Positions 29,501 to 39,000 of a DNA stretch of 64,000 nt are shown piece by piece. Position 1 is the stretch's first letter. Every line of letters starts with the position of its first letter. The DNA is from a virus (Duplodnaviria; Heunggongvirae; Uroviricota; Caudoviricetes), in IMG/VR virus record IMGVR_UViG_3300005613_000033, positions 19,132 to 83,131 of that record. One strand, given 5' to 3'. A model generated the notes under the pieces. It worked only from the letters and a program-made list of their open reading frames with translations. It had not been told where the DNA came from and did not search any database. Made by a program: the position numbers and the translations under genes.

Positions 29501-31432
29501 TCAGCAGTATATAATCGTGGTGCTATTTCAACACTTGATCTGGACCAAACGACTCATGCCTCGCATGTCGCCATGCGGGCTGCTACGTCGGTCTTAACCT
29601 TGGGGCATAATGTCACTGTTTCGAGAGTAACCGAGCAAGTAGCCCAGTCTGATCTTTCGTTAGATCAAGCAACGTCTGTGATCCATGTCTTCAACAAGAC
29701 AGCAGACAATACACTCACCCTTTCGCATGATACAACTGTTCAAAAGATAATAACCCGAGCCGCCACAAATACCCTCACCATATCACACGATGTGGGATTA
29801 TCTGTCATTCGAGAGTTGGCGGCTCAATCTGATTTGACTTTGAGTCAAGATGTCGGTTTATCGGTGGTTAGAGAGCTTGGGGCAAGCTCGGAATTAACCC
29901 TGGACCACACGGCAAGCTATCAAGGAACGTTCCAACGTGGTGCTCAGAGTGATTTGAGTATATCACATGACGCCAGTGCGGCTGGTAGCGTTTGGAATCG
30001 TGCGGTTCAATCGGACGTCGGGGTTACTCAGGATGTTGGTTTGCAACACGCCCATGGGCGTGCTGCCCAATCAAACTTGACCATCACATCCGATGTAATC
30101 AGTTCGGGTAATATCTTCAACCGTTCATTAGAAGACTCAATGAGTATTACTCATATTGCGGATGGTGGGCCGACATTTGGACGTGTTGGTGATAGTACAT
30201 TACAAGTTGAACAATCTGTTAGTGTCTCCGCAATCCGGCCACGAGATGGTGACTCTAATCTAACCTTAGATCAAACCGTTACGAGTCAAAAGATCATGTC
30301 ACGAGTAAGTGACAGTGATATTGGGGTAGACCATGATGTATCACATCAACGTTTGGCATTCCAAAATCCCGATTCTGATATCGATGTAGACCATGATGTA
30401 ACAGTCGCAGCGACCCGAAACCATGATGCTGACAACGATATCAACATAGACCATGAAGTAGCTCTGTCGGCTATTCGAGACCGAGATGCTGATTCAGACA
30501 TTGATATAGACCACGATGTGGCATATCAAGGAATCTTTAATCGGGCTGGTAGTAATACATTGGCCTTGATACAGGATGCGACTTTTTCAGCAGTATTCAA
30601 TCAAGATGGTAGTTCAACACTAGTCTTAGATCACGACGTTGATTACGAATTAGTCCATGAAATACCTGAACAATCTGCCAACAATGATATTGGAATTGAC
30701 CATAATGTAAATATCCAGAGGATTATCTACGCTAATGCCAGTAGCACTGTTGGAATCGACCACGAAGTTAGTCTCCTTGCCACCGCATTAACGGCGGCAT
30801 GGCATTTGAATGAAACAAGCGGTGTTCGTTACGACTCATGGGATGCGCATGACTTAACTGATTGGAATACGGTTGGTTATGGAGCAGGTATAACAGGCAA
30901 TGCTGTGGTCTTTGTTGCCGATAATGACGAACAATTGATTGCGGCGAACCATGCTGAATTACAAGCTGGAGGTAGGGGCTTTGAGCTTACAGGTTGGTTT
31001 AAGACCACTGATCCCAGTAATGTTCAAATCATCTTTGGAAAATGGTATAAGAGCACGAAGGATCGGGAATTTAAGGCCCACATCAAGAATAATACGGCCC
31101 AATTTACCGTCTCCAGAAATGGTAATGCCAAAACAACAGTAACCAGTACCGTCACCCTTTTGGCCAACACTTGGTACTTCATAGATGTATGGCATGATGC
31201 TGTCAATAATGAAATTGGTATTGCTATTGATAACGGGACACCAAATACCTTAGCTCACACTACGGGTGTTTTTGCTGGGCGCGGTGATTTTACTATCAGT
31301 GGTGACCACGGTTTGAATGATCTATTCGATGGTTCAGTAGATGCTTTACATTACTGGCAACGTGTCTTGTCCAGTGAAGAACGAACATGGCTATACAATA
31401 GTGGAAATGGTAGAGAAGTTCCACCATTTTAA
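26507..31432 (+). CDS. 1641-aa repeat protein with C-terminal LamG/ConA-like domain (fibre or decoration candidate)
   Basis: About 50 copies of a ~27-aa unit (..L-x-L-x-H-x-V-x-x-x-G-S-I-[WYF]-N-R-x-A-E-S-x-L-x-L..). C-terminal ~200 aa AAWHLNETSGVRYDSW ... FDGSVDALHYWQRVLSSEERTWLYNSGNGREV has a LamG-like pattern. Confidence 0.55.
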   Translation: MSYQERRYRRMVRQVLYGLKRQYGADIAVYKLLDADTDYTTGLKTIHKLSEELEAVVIPTKIAREAIQSISQISANKAMVYGGTFDSLSKTFVIDSRDLSDNWTFTNDDWIVYNQQRFEIKAIERLDFHAGWIIDAKAIAGQHAEQIFHLEAWNRLCDLTHFAEVVPWSAHHPSQDIPIDHNVSVQKIMYRSAENTLTLGHSVFLGQAESFAAGNTLTLGQSVDKQRVMFFHIIEDGLVFNTLGQGIEIIKVIQRIFGHEKSEIELQHAVSLAGSVWNRQAESNLTLDHSVDVSGVWNRHPESQIDLDHTADPSGSIYNRSAENTLTLTHEVSTAGTSLGTPVESELDLDQVVSYSAVFNRGASSEIGIDQEVNIEGSIWYRDAESDISIDHGASIVHILHANAKNTLTLGQYVAATYVQYATAQSSLSLGQDVESQKVIYRTAESNLGLDAFSQYVLVSTHRDLSASSSISLGQDVSTEGSIWNRNPDNESFEGSTLTLDHTASTEGSIWNRGPDNTLTLTQDVISSGSIFNRDPQSDIDLDQDVAKTRAQNDGSSSELELDHGTGVLVVRPRSAQNDISVDHGVIVQKVMYASAQSDLSLVGVCNYQVGSEGNGISTLTCGHSVSLEGSIWNRGPDNNTLDGNTLTLGQTTQLSVIRQRDAQSTLSLSQEASAAGSIYNRGAENTLTLSQDVISSGSIFNRDLQSDIDLDQDVAKTRIASDGSSSELELDHGTGVQIIRSRSAQNDLNIDHDITVQKVIYVSAQSDLSLTGICNYQVGTEANGVSTLTCGHSVSLEGSIWNRGPDNNTLDGNTLTLEQTIQLSVIRQRDAQSTLSLSQEASAAGSIYNRGAENSSLEESTLTLTQNTSSTGSIYNRGPDNNTLEGSQLALTQQVDVQAILSRGASSTLSMGHTASVLVYRGQAVGNTLSLDHDVTAQKTMSRDAESTLSILDAANVQKIIHKSASSPLSLAQQVGLSIIRELSASNQLMLYHDALVSAVYNRGAISTLDLDQTTHASHVAMRAATSVLTLGHNVTVSRVTEQVAQSDLSLDQATSVIHVFNKTADNTLTLSHDTTVQKIITRAATNTLTISHDVGLSVIRELAAQSDLTLSQDVGLSVVRELGASSELTLDHTASYQGTFQRGAQSDLSISHDASAAGSVWNRAVQSDVGVTQDVGLQHAHGRAAQSNLTITSDVISSGNIFNRSLEDSMSITHIADGGPTFGRVGDSTLQVEQSVSVSAIRPRDGDSNLTLDQTVTSQKIMSRVSDSDIGVDHDVSHQRLAFQNPDSDIDVDHDVTVAATRNHDADNDINIDHEVALSAIRDRDADSDIDIDHDVAYQGIFNRAGSNTLALIQDATFSAVFNQDGSSTLVLDHDVDYELVHEIPEQSANNDIGIDHNVNIQRIIYANASSTVGIDHEVSLLATALTAAWHLNETSGVRYDSWDAHDLTDWNTVGYGAGITGNAVVFVADNDEQLIAANHAELQAGGRGFELTGWFKTTDPSNVQIIFGKWYKSTKDREFKAHIKNNTAQFTVSRNGNAKTTVTSTVTLLANTWYFIDVWHDAVNNEIGIAIDNGTPNTLAHTTGVFAGRGDFTISGDHGLNDLFDGSVDALHYWQRVLSSEERTWLYNSGNGREVPPF
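28060..29075 (+). repeat. recent in-frame tandem duplication of a 507-bp (169-aa) block inside the 1641-aa gene
   Basis: The block starting ggtagcatcttcaatcg recurs at 28091 and 28598 (offset 507 = 3 x 169). The two copies share >100-nt identical stretches, for example the segment encoding SLEGSIWNRGPDNNTLDGNTLTL. The stated span is approximate and covers both copies. Confidence 0.8.
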
Positions 31433-31442
31433 GGAGTAGATG

Positions 31443-33134
31443 ATGGCAGTAGATATTGATGCCACATTGATCGCAGTTGATGCAGAAATTGTCACTTACT
31501 ATCAAGATATTCTTGATATGCAGTCGTCTTATTATACGACTAATAGTAAGTATGCACAGGGCCTCCCGACTCATGCTGTCTTACCTGAGGATGGTTTGGA
31601 GGCTGCACCTACAGAATTGGCTCAATCACCGACCGACCAAGCTGAGTCTTGGAACGATCTAATTACGCTTCCGAGCACATTGAAAGCAGCAATTGAAATC
31701 GATATCTATCAAACACCAACTGGTTGGGGCTACATTATAACTTTCAGATTACTCATAAATGGAATTGAATGGGTTAAGAGTATTGACGAAGGACCGACTG
31801 GTAGAGATCGAGATTGGTACCCTTTATCTGATGATACGTGGGAAGAGGATGTTGTTAGCTATTGGCCATTCAATGAGACTAGTGGAACTCGATACGACCA
31901 GGCTGATGATAACCACTTTACAACGTATAATACACCTCATTACACTGCAAATGGTATGTTTGATAATGCGCTTTGGTGTCAATGTAGCAGTGATGAATAT
32001 ATAAAAACTTCAATGAGTGACGAACTCGCTAATGATAGTAGTTGGACGTTTACTGGTTGGGTTTATATAGACGATAATGGGGATGGTGGACAATGGTTCT
32101 TTAGACTATTAGATAGTGAGGGATGGAATCCAGGTCTCCTTTTCTACAATTCAGGTGGAAGCTTTGAAGGTTATTGGGAGTGGTGGTTGTTTGGTTCAGG
32201 TTTAGGTTTTGATTACGTAACTGATTACGGTAACAAAAGATGGTATTTTATAGAAGTTTTTTATGACGCTGATACACAAAAAACAGGATTAGCCATTGAT
32301 AATTCCGTTCCGATTGAAGTATCCACCACCTATACAGAAAATGAACTTAAAAGTGTTTATTTTGGTGGAACTTTATCAGACGGTGGGGACGCGCAATTAG
32401 ACCAATGGCGATTTTTTAATAGACGGTTAACTCGTGCAGAAGCATTAGCACTATTTGAAGAACCGCAAATTGAAGATGATGTTGCAGCAACAGTTTATAA
32501 TGATTTACGTGCAGCTTGGCACATGGAAGAAGTTAGTGATACACGATATGATTCCATCAATGATTTTGATTTAACACCTGCAGGTTCCGTCGATAGAATA
32601 GCTGGTAAATTAGGTTATGCTGCTAATTTTGACGCCAGCAATAATGAAGAATTAGTCATGTCCTATGACGGACCGTCAAGTTGGTGGTCAACCGATTGGT
32701 CGATGGGTATGTGGTTGAGAATAAATTGCAATTATGGGCAGAAAGTCTGGAATCTCAAAAATGGTCTTTTCTATTGTGGTTTTCTCCAATATAATTCCGA
32801 TATCAATGAAATTTGTTTCGAGTATGGTTCAGCTATTCAAAGTGGTTTGTATGCTTTGACACCATCAGGTTTTGATGATGACGAATGGCATTGGGTATAT
32901 TGGCAATATGATGCTACAGCTAACGATATTGGGATTAGTGTAGATGATGGCCCCCTGCAAACGCGGACTCAAGTAGGTAGTTTACCAATCGGCACAGATT
33001 TGATAAAATTTGGTTGTAGGTATAGCTATGGGGATGACTGTGACATAGATGCCGCACATTGGTGGGGTAAATTACTTACACAAGCAGAGCGTGAATATAT
33101 GTATTACCAAGGTATTGGACGGGAGCTTGAATAA
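31443..33134 (+). CDS. protein with two LamG/ConA-like domains and an N-terminal domain shared with the next gene
   Basis: YWPFNETSGTRYDQ... and AAWHMEEVSDTRYDS...YYQGIGREL both resemble the C-terminus of the 26507 protein. N-terminus MAVDIDATLIAV...LPTHAVLPEDG resembles MAVDVPTQLAIA...LRSHTTVPENG of 33134-33544. Start chosen at the second ATG (31443), 6 nt after AAGGAG. Confidence 0.55.
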   Translation: MAVDIDATLIAVDAEIVTYYQDILDMQSSYYTTNSKYAQGLPTHAVLPEDGLEAAPTELAQSPTDQAESWNDLITLPSTLKAAIEIDIYQTPTGWGYIITFRLLINGIEWVKSIDEGPTGRDRDWYPLSDDTWEEDVVSYWPFNETSGTRYDQADDNHFTTYNTPHYTANGMFDNALWCQCSSDEYIKTSMSDELANDSSWTFTGWVYIDDNGDGGQWFFRLLDSEGWNPGLLFYNSGGSFEGYWEWWLFGSGLGFDYVTDYGNKRWYFIEVFYDADTQKTGLAIDNSVPIEVSTTYTENELKSVYFGGTLSDGGDAQLDQWRFFNRRLTRAEALALFEEPQIEDDVAATVYNDLRAAWHMEEVSDTRYDSINDFDLTPAGSVDRIAGKLGYAANFDASNNEELVMSYDGPSSWWSTDWSMGMWLRINCNYGQKVWNLKNGLFYCGFLQYNSDINEICFEYGSAIQSGLYALTPSGFDDDEWHWVYWQYDATANDIGISVDDGPLQTRTQVGSLPIGTDLIKFGCRYSYGDDCDIDAAHWWGKLLTQAEREYMYYQGIGRELE

Positions 33135-33544
33135 TGGCTGTCGATGTACCCACACAACTAGCAATAGCTAACACACGAATTGCTTTCTACTGGCCTCGAA
33201 TCTGGCTGTTGCAAAAGTATGTTTGGAGTAATTTTGGATTCTATGTCCAAGGTTTACGTTCTCACACTACTGTTCCTGAGAATGGAAACTTAGAAGTTCC
33301 TGATTTTCCTAATTTAACAACGGAGGATCAACCTTTTGGTTGGGGACCTTTTTTAGGTTATTTTCCACCTAGTATGATGACAGCGCTGAGTGTAACTCCT
33401 TATCTATACCCAGGACACCAGCCGGGGTTCATGTGCAAATTTGAAATGCGACTGAATGGCGACCTATATGAAAAGCGCATCGCTTATGGTCCAGATTCAG
33501 ATAGTGAAACATTCGACTGGATAAAGATTAAGGAGAATGAATAA
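33134..33544 (+). CDS. paralogue of the N-terminal domain of the 31443 protein (136 aa)
   Basis: Shared motifs listed above. TAATG overlap. Confidence 0.5.
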   Translation: MAVDVPTQLAIANTRIAFYWPRIWLLQKYVWSNFGFYVQGLRSHTTVPENGNLEVPDFPNLTTEDQPFGWGPFLGYFPPSMMTALSVTPYLYPGHQPGFMCKFEMRLNGDLYEKRIAYGPDSDSETFDWIKIKENE

Positions 33545-34053
33545 TGGCTGCTAATCCCAATTGGCCACGATGGATATTCTCTTCCTTAGCCGTACATTTT
33601 AAGGGTATAGCCGATGGACTAAATTTACCTATATTGACGGAAGGTATTGATGAACGTGAACCCGAGAAGATGGAAGTAGATAGATGTGAATTACGAATAA
33701 ATGGCCCGTACATACGAGAAGTGAGTAAAAACTATTGGCGAATTTGGATTAACGTAAATATACTGTTGACGGACTACATGGAGGGACAGGGAGAGAACAC
33801 GTACAAACTCATGAACTGGGGTGGTGCGTTTCTTGAAGGCATGAACTTGCCGATCCCAATATACAAATATGGTCCTGATGTGGGTGGTATAGACGATCAA
33901 ACGCTCTTGGGTTGTCTAACCATGTTGCGAGGGAATAGGATCGAGAGCATTAGGTTGATCCATTTCGGACAGATTGGAAGCGAGGAACGCATCCGACAGG
34001 CCGCAGTGGATGGTAGATTTGAGATGTACCTTAACTTTCCAAATGGAGGCTAA
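33544..34053 (+). CDS. hypothetical structural protein (169 aa)
   Basis: RBS AAGGAG. TAATG overlap. Confidence 0.45.
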   Translation: MAANPNWPRWIFSSLAVHFKGIADGLNLPILTEGIDEREPEKMEVDRCELRINGPYIREVSKNYWRIWINVNILLTDYMEGQGENTYKLMNWGGAFLEGMNLPIPIYKYGPDVGGIDDQTLLGCLTMLRGNRIESIRLIHFGQIGSEERIRQAAVDGRFEMYLNFPNGG

Positions 34054-34058
34054 GAATT

Positions 34059-34796
34059 ATGGCCCGAATTGAACTCCGTGACGCGCTGATCTATATTCAG
34101 GACGGTCTCAGCGGCAATGCCACGATTGATGAGGCAACGCCCGGTGCGAACGACACCGATGTGGATATCAGCAGTCCAGTGTTAAACACTGACGACACGG
34201 CTTTGGTGCCCGTTGGTGCGAGGTTTGAAGTTAGCACAGCTAACAACGATACCACGTACACCGTCACAGCCCGTACTCCTACGAGTGTGAGTCCGACGAC
34301 CAACATCGCATTCTCGCCTGCCTGGGGTACCCCCACGCCCGCCAACGCAGATACGATTACTTTTTTGCCTCAGCGGATTGAGGTTAAGATTGGTGAAGGT
34401 AATGTAACCTACACCGAGAGTAAAGAATATGACTATCTGTTGGACCGTGGAGACCTTGACACAGTGCGAGAAGGTGACCAACAGCCGATGGATGTGTCTA
34501 TCGACTTTGTGTATGAGCATGTCACCACTGGAACCAGTGAAGACATTACAGTCGTAGACGCTCTGAAGCGACAAAGTGATGCCAGCGAATGGGTGTCGTC
34601 ATCTGACGACCTTTGTGAGCCCTATGCCGTCGATATTGTAATCGACCACGTTACACCGTGTGGTAGTGAAGAGAACGAATTGACAACATTACCGGATTAC
34701 CGGTATGAGTCGCTGGAATTTGATCTTGGTGAAGCCACTATCTCGACCTCTGGTCGATGCAATGTAGTGGAAGCCTCTGTGTCACGTTACAGTTAA
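34059..34796 (+). CDS. putative major tail (tube) protein
   Basis: 245 aa, RBS GGAGG. Lies upstream of the chaperone and tape measure and is followed by a terminator. Called from position only. Confidence 0.4.
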   Translation: MARIELRDALIYIQDGLSGNATIDEATPGANDTDVDISSPVLNTDDTALVPVGARFEVSTANNDTTYTVTARTPTSVSPTTNIAFSPAWGTPTPANADTITFLPQRIEVKIGEGNVTYTESKEYDYLLDRGDLDTVREGDQQPMDVSIDFVYEHVTTGTSEDITVVDALKRQSDASEWVSSSDDLCEPYAVDIVIDHVTPCGSEENELTTLPDYRYESLEFDLGEATISTSGRCNVVEASVSRYS

Positions 34797-34810
34797 TGAG
34801 AGTTTTTCTA

Positions 34811-34846
34811 AGGGGGTTGGATCTCCTGACCCCCTACCTTTTTAAT
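34811..34846 (+). terminator. rho-independent terminator
   Basis: AGGGGGT..(11 nt)..ACCCCCT followed by ACCTTTTTAATCCTTTT. Confidence 0.6.
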
Positions 34847-34869
34847 CCTTTTGGCAAGGAGTCAAACAA

Positions 34870-35370
34870 ATGAAAATCGGTGGGATTGAAGTGAAAGGTC
34901 CGAATGAGGTACTTTTAGTGCTTCCCCGGGGCGATGAGCAGATTGTTATCCGTGCGCGTGCAGTTCTGGATATGGAAGAGTTTGAAGAACTTTGCCCAGT
35001 ACCTAAGCCGCCGGGCCGACAAACTAAAGATGGTTATGTGCAAGACGTAGATGATCCTGGCTACAAGCAGCAAATGGAGAATCACAACGAACGTCAATTA
35101 GGTTACTTGGTTGTTAAATCTCTGGAGCCCAGTGGAATTGAATGGGACCTAGTGGATATTAACAAGCCCAGTACCTTTACCAAGTGGCAAGAAGATTTCC
35201 AAGCCGCTGGACTTTCGACTATCGAAGTCAATCGCATTATGCAAGTAGTGATGGAAGCCAATGCCTTGGATGAAAGTAAGCTTGAATCGGCGCGGCAGGT
35301 TTTTCTACGTGGTCAGCGTCAGGTTCCAAGCGTATCCTCTGGCCCCCGTACCGAACAACCGAGTTCGTAA
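34870..35370 (+). CDS. putative tail assembly chaperone
   Basis: 166 aa, RBS AAGGAG. N-terminus MKIGGIEVKGPNEVLLVLP...AVLDMEEFEEL fits the G-type chaperone pattern. Lies upstream of the tape measure. Confidence 0.45.
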   Translation: MKIGGIEVKGPNEVLLVLPRGDEQIVIRARAVLDMEEFEELCPVPKPPGRQTKDGYVQDVDDPGYKQQMENHNERQLGYLVVKSLEPSGIEWDLVDINKPSTFTKWQEDFQAAGLSTIEVNRIMQVVMEANALDESKLESARQVFLRGQRQVPSVSSGPRTEQPSS

Positions 35371-35422
35371 TATGGCGAGCATGTGAAAGGCTTGATATTC
35401 TTCCACCCGGTATCAAGTCTAC

Positions 35423-36085
35423 ATGGGACGACAATGGTGTGTGGCAACAAGCTCTGATTCTTGGCTACCACCAGACCCGAGAGGACGACGAGATGAAAGA
35501 AATGGAAGCTATGGCTGGGGCATGGATGCCTGGCACGTCAAAACGGAGACGTTGACCGTGAAAATCAAACTGAAATTAGAGTTGATTAAATTCAATGCTG
35601 CCAGATACCAAGAGTTTTTTGACGATTGGATGATGGAGATATTGAGCACCATGGGTGCGGCTTATTTACAAGCTACCGCAATCAATGTAATTGCGGGGCA
35701 GGATGGTAATTATCGTGTATGGTCGGGTGCATCAGCGGCAACGTTTTTACATCTAGCTGACGCGATTAAATTCCGAGTGCCGATTACAGGTGGTAACAGT
35801 ACCGGAATCGCCTATGGTAGGCGACATAGTGGTGGAGGCGTAGAAATTGGCAAAGGGGTTGGCCGTTTCTTTTATACGGCGGATTTAGCACATTTGATTT
35901 GGAACGAATACCATAACGCGAATGTAGATCGTGATTCGGGGATTTTTTCGCAACTGAGACACCCCGGCCCCTACCAATTTCAAGAACAAGGATTAGCTGC
36001 CGTGCGAAACGCAATGGCTGAAAATACGGTTGGGCTCCCAGACCCAGCGTTAGCTACGAGAGTTCAACGAGTAAAGGTGAGCTAA
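35423..36085 (+). CDS. hypothetical tail protein (start uncertain)
   Basis: No RBS at 35423 and later ATGs are possible. This frame is closed by TGA at 35393-35395, so it is not a frameshift extension of the 34870 gene. Confidence 0.4.
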   Translation: MGRQWCVATSSDSWLPPDPRGRRDERNGSYGWGMDAWHVKTETLTVKIKLKLELIKFNAARYQEFFDDWMMEILSTMGAAYLQATAINVIAGQDGNYRVWSGASAATFLHLADAIKFRVPITGGNSTGIAYGRRHSGGGVEIGKGVGRFFYTADLAHLIWNEYHNANVDRDSGIFSQLRHPGPYQFQEQGLAAVRNAMAENTVGLPDPALATRVQRVKVS

Positions 36086-36086
36086 C

Positions 36087-39000
36087 ATGGCCGACGACAT
36101 TAGGCAGGAATTTGTATTTGATGCTGCTCAGGCTCTCAAGACACTTGAGACATTGACAACGCAGTATGAAAAGCTCAATACTGTGCTTAGAACTCATGCT
36201 AAGACAGTCAAGGGTATCAATACAAGCACACGAAAGATTACTGGCAATTTAATCCAGATTAAAAACGCTGCTAAAGCTGCCGCGGATCAATTACAACGTG
36301 TGTATGGAGCCAAAGCTACAACAGCAACTCAGAAAGCTGCTAAGGCTTCTAGTGCGCCGCCTGTCGATACAGGTCAAGTCAATAAAGCCAAAGCATCCCT
36401 TCAAGAATTGGACGCGGTCGCCCGTAAAACTTTTGCGGGTGCTCCAATCAAAAATCAGAAGCTTTTCAATAGAGGTCTCAATGAATTAGTTTTGGCTTTC
36501 CATCGAAGTGGTGGATCAGTTGCAGACTTTAGAGCTAAGCTAAAATTACTTGACACACAAGTCAATGGTACGCAGACTCGTATGCGATCTGCCATGCGTA
36601 ACATTCAAAATGCTACCAAACAAGCGACTAATACGGATGTTATTCGTAACTTCACCGTATCTTGGCAAACCATGGTTCGTATTGTTACGACTCAATTGAT
36701 TGTTCGATCCTTAAATGTTCTCCGACAAGCATTACGAGACGCAATTAGTGAAGCCCTTGACTTTACTCGGGCAGTAGCAGAAGTTGGTACCATTGCTAAT
36801 AATGCATATGGTGGTTTAGATGACATTGCTAACATTATACGAGAAACCTCTGATGAATTTGGAAAATCTCGACTCGATGTGGCCGAAGGTTTGTATCAAA
36901 CTTTATCGAACCAAGTAGGTAATGCAACTGAGTCATTAAAGGTATTCCAAACTGCAACTAAGCTCTCTATTGCTGCCGTGGGCTCAACTGAAGACGCTGT
37001 TAATCTTTTAACAGCCGCACTTAATGGTTTTGATATTTCAACAAGCCAAGCGGAACTTGTAGCAGCTAAGTTGTTCAAAACTGTCGAGTTAGGTCGTACT
37101 CGTATGAGCGAGCTTGCTAATACTCTGGGTCGAGTTGGTCCATTAGCCAATGCTCTGGGTATTAGTCTGGATGAAACACTAGCAGCTATTGCTACAATTA
37201 CGGTCCAAGGTACTAAGTCGGCTGAAGCTTTGACCCAATTACGTGGTGTCATGCAGGGAATGATTAAACCATCCGAAGACATGAAGAAAATCTTCACGGA
37301 AATCGGTGTGGCCAATGCAGAAGCTGGTATTGCAACTTTTGGTTTCCAAGGTTTCTTGGATGAGATGACCAAGATCACAGGAAAAAGTACCTCCGAGATG
37401 GGGAAACTCATTCGGCGTGTTCGTGGTTTACTTGGTGCTGTTACTCTGGCTAGTGAAGATACCAAAAAGTTCATCGAAAATCTGGAAGAAATTGAAAACG
37501 TAAGTTCACAACTCCTTACTAAAAAGTACAAACTTGTATTTGAAACACCCGGGGAAGAATTTCGTCGGCAGCTAAATGAACTTAAAAACATACTAGTTGT
37601 AGACATTGGTACTGCGCTAGTTGAAGTCGCAAATAACGCACTCAAGTTTGGAAGAGCGTTCGCAAGCGCTCTCCCCTCTCTCAAAGCTATGGGACTCGTT
37701 CTAGCGGTAGCATTACTCCCACGACTCAAGTTAATGTTATTCTCCTTGCAAGCTTACGGAACAGCATTAGCGTTAGTTATAATCAATCATACTCGCTTCC
37801 TAGTTCACTCTATTGCAACATTGACCCCACAAATAGGATTGTGGAGGGCTTTAACAACCACCGTAGGTTTCTACAACGTAGCATTAGCGGGGGCGACTCT
37901 TGGATTAAGTCTACTCGCTGCAAGTGTAGTGGGCGCAATCTACTACTTTGACCAGCAAGAAAAAGCTGCGGAAAAATCAGCCAAAGCATTAGTCAAACTT
38001 GCTGAAGCTCAATCTGAATACCAAAAAGCTCTGGACCTCAAAGAAATTGAACTCTTCACAGACTTAGAGAAAAGATGGGCCGATACTCAAAGTCGAGAGG
38101 CGTTGCGTGTTTTAGCCGTGAGTCAAAAAAGCTACAATTCACGAATATCATCAGCTAAAGCTGCTGACCAAGAAGAGCAAGCGAGTGCGAAAGATAAGTT
38201 CAACAACATGTCCAAGTTATTGGATCAGTATGTTGCAGACTACAAAAAGGAAATCGACAATCTTGGTAAATTACGAGAAGACTCCGAACACCGTGTTGAT
38301 GGTATAGTTAGGAGCGCTGAACAAGCTCGATTTGACCGAAGCACACGGTTCCTTGGTGCCCAACAAAAATTAGATGCTCAACGTGCTCGTGGTTTGAAAT
38401 TACAGCGTGAAGCTAGTAAGTATCTGATTACTGGTGACCCAGATAAAATTCAACGTGGATTAGCGTTGTATCGAGAAGCAGGTAAAATCTTTGATGGTAT
38501 CCGAGATATTGCTTACGATCAATTAGAACCTTTGGAAACTGCATGGCGTGCCGGAAAATTATCTGCCGATCAGTTCAATAATCTCCAGAAAGCTAGGCGT
38601 GCTGACAATGCCGCAAATCAACTTGGAGTTAATCTTTCAAATGAGCAGCTAAAAGCGGAACGTGCCTTACAACAAGTTTTAGACGCCCGTGCCGCTAAGG
38701 CTAAAGCAGACGTAGAATATCAGAAACAACTCAACGCCAAACTCAAGACTCAGTTTGATATTGTCCTTGACAATATGAAAACGTTAGACGATAGTGGTCG
38801 AATCCTGGACGAGAAGGTCTTAAAAAATCAAGCTAAATCCAGAGAGGCAGCATTTGCTCGAATTCGAGAATTAGCCAGTGAAACATTAGGGGGTTTAGAT
38901 TTAGCTGACCAACTTCAATTGGCATCATTGAAAGCAGATATCGAATCAGCATTTTCCCCAACCACTATCGCACTTAATGAAGAGGCAATGAATACAGCGT

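Noticed and set aside
26507-33134. Diversity-generating retroelement targeting the LamG/C-terminal variable regions
   Set aside because: No reverse-transcriptase ORF and no template-repeat/variable-repeat pair differing mainly at adenines was seen in the window.
35330-35430. Programmed translational frameshift between the chaperone-like gene (34870-35370) and the next gene, as in G/GT tail chaperones
   Set aside because: The downstream frame is closed by TGA at 35393-35395, after the upstream stop. There is no overlapping open frame, and no -1 frame ORF of 60 aa or more is present.
36896-37729. 277-aa minus-strand ORF inside the tape-measure gene
   Set aside because: It is antisense to a 1348-aa coherent coiled-coil ORF and its Ser/Ala-rich composition is typical of antisense translation. 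Other minus-strand ORFs inside large plus-strand genes (e.g. 25187-25750, 40236-40673) were rejected for the same reason.
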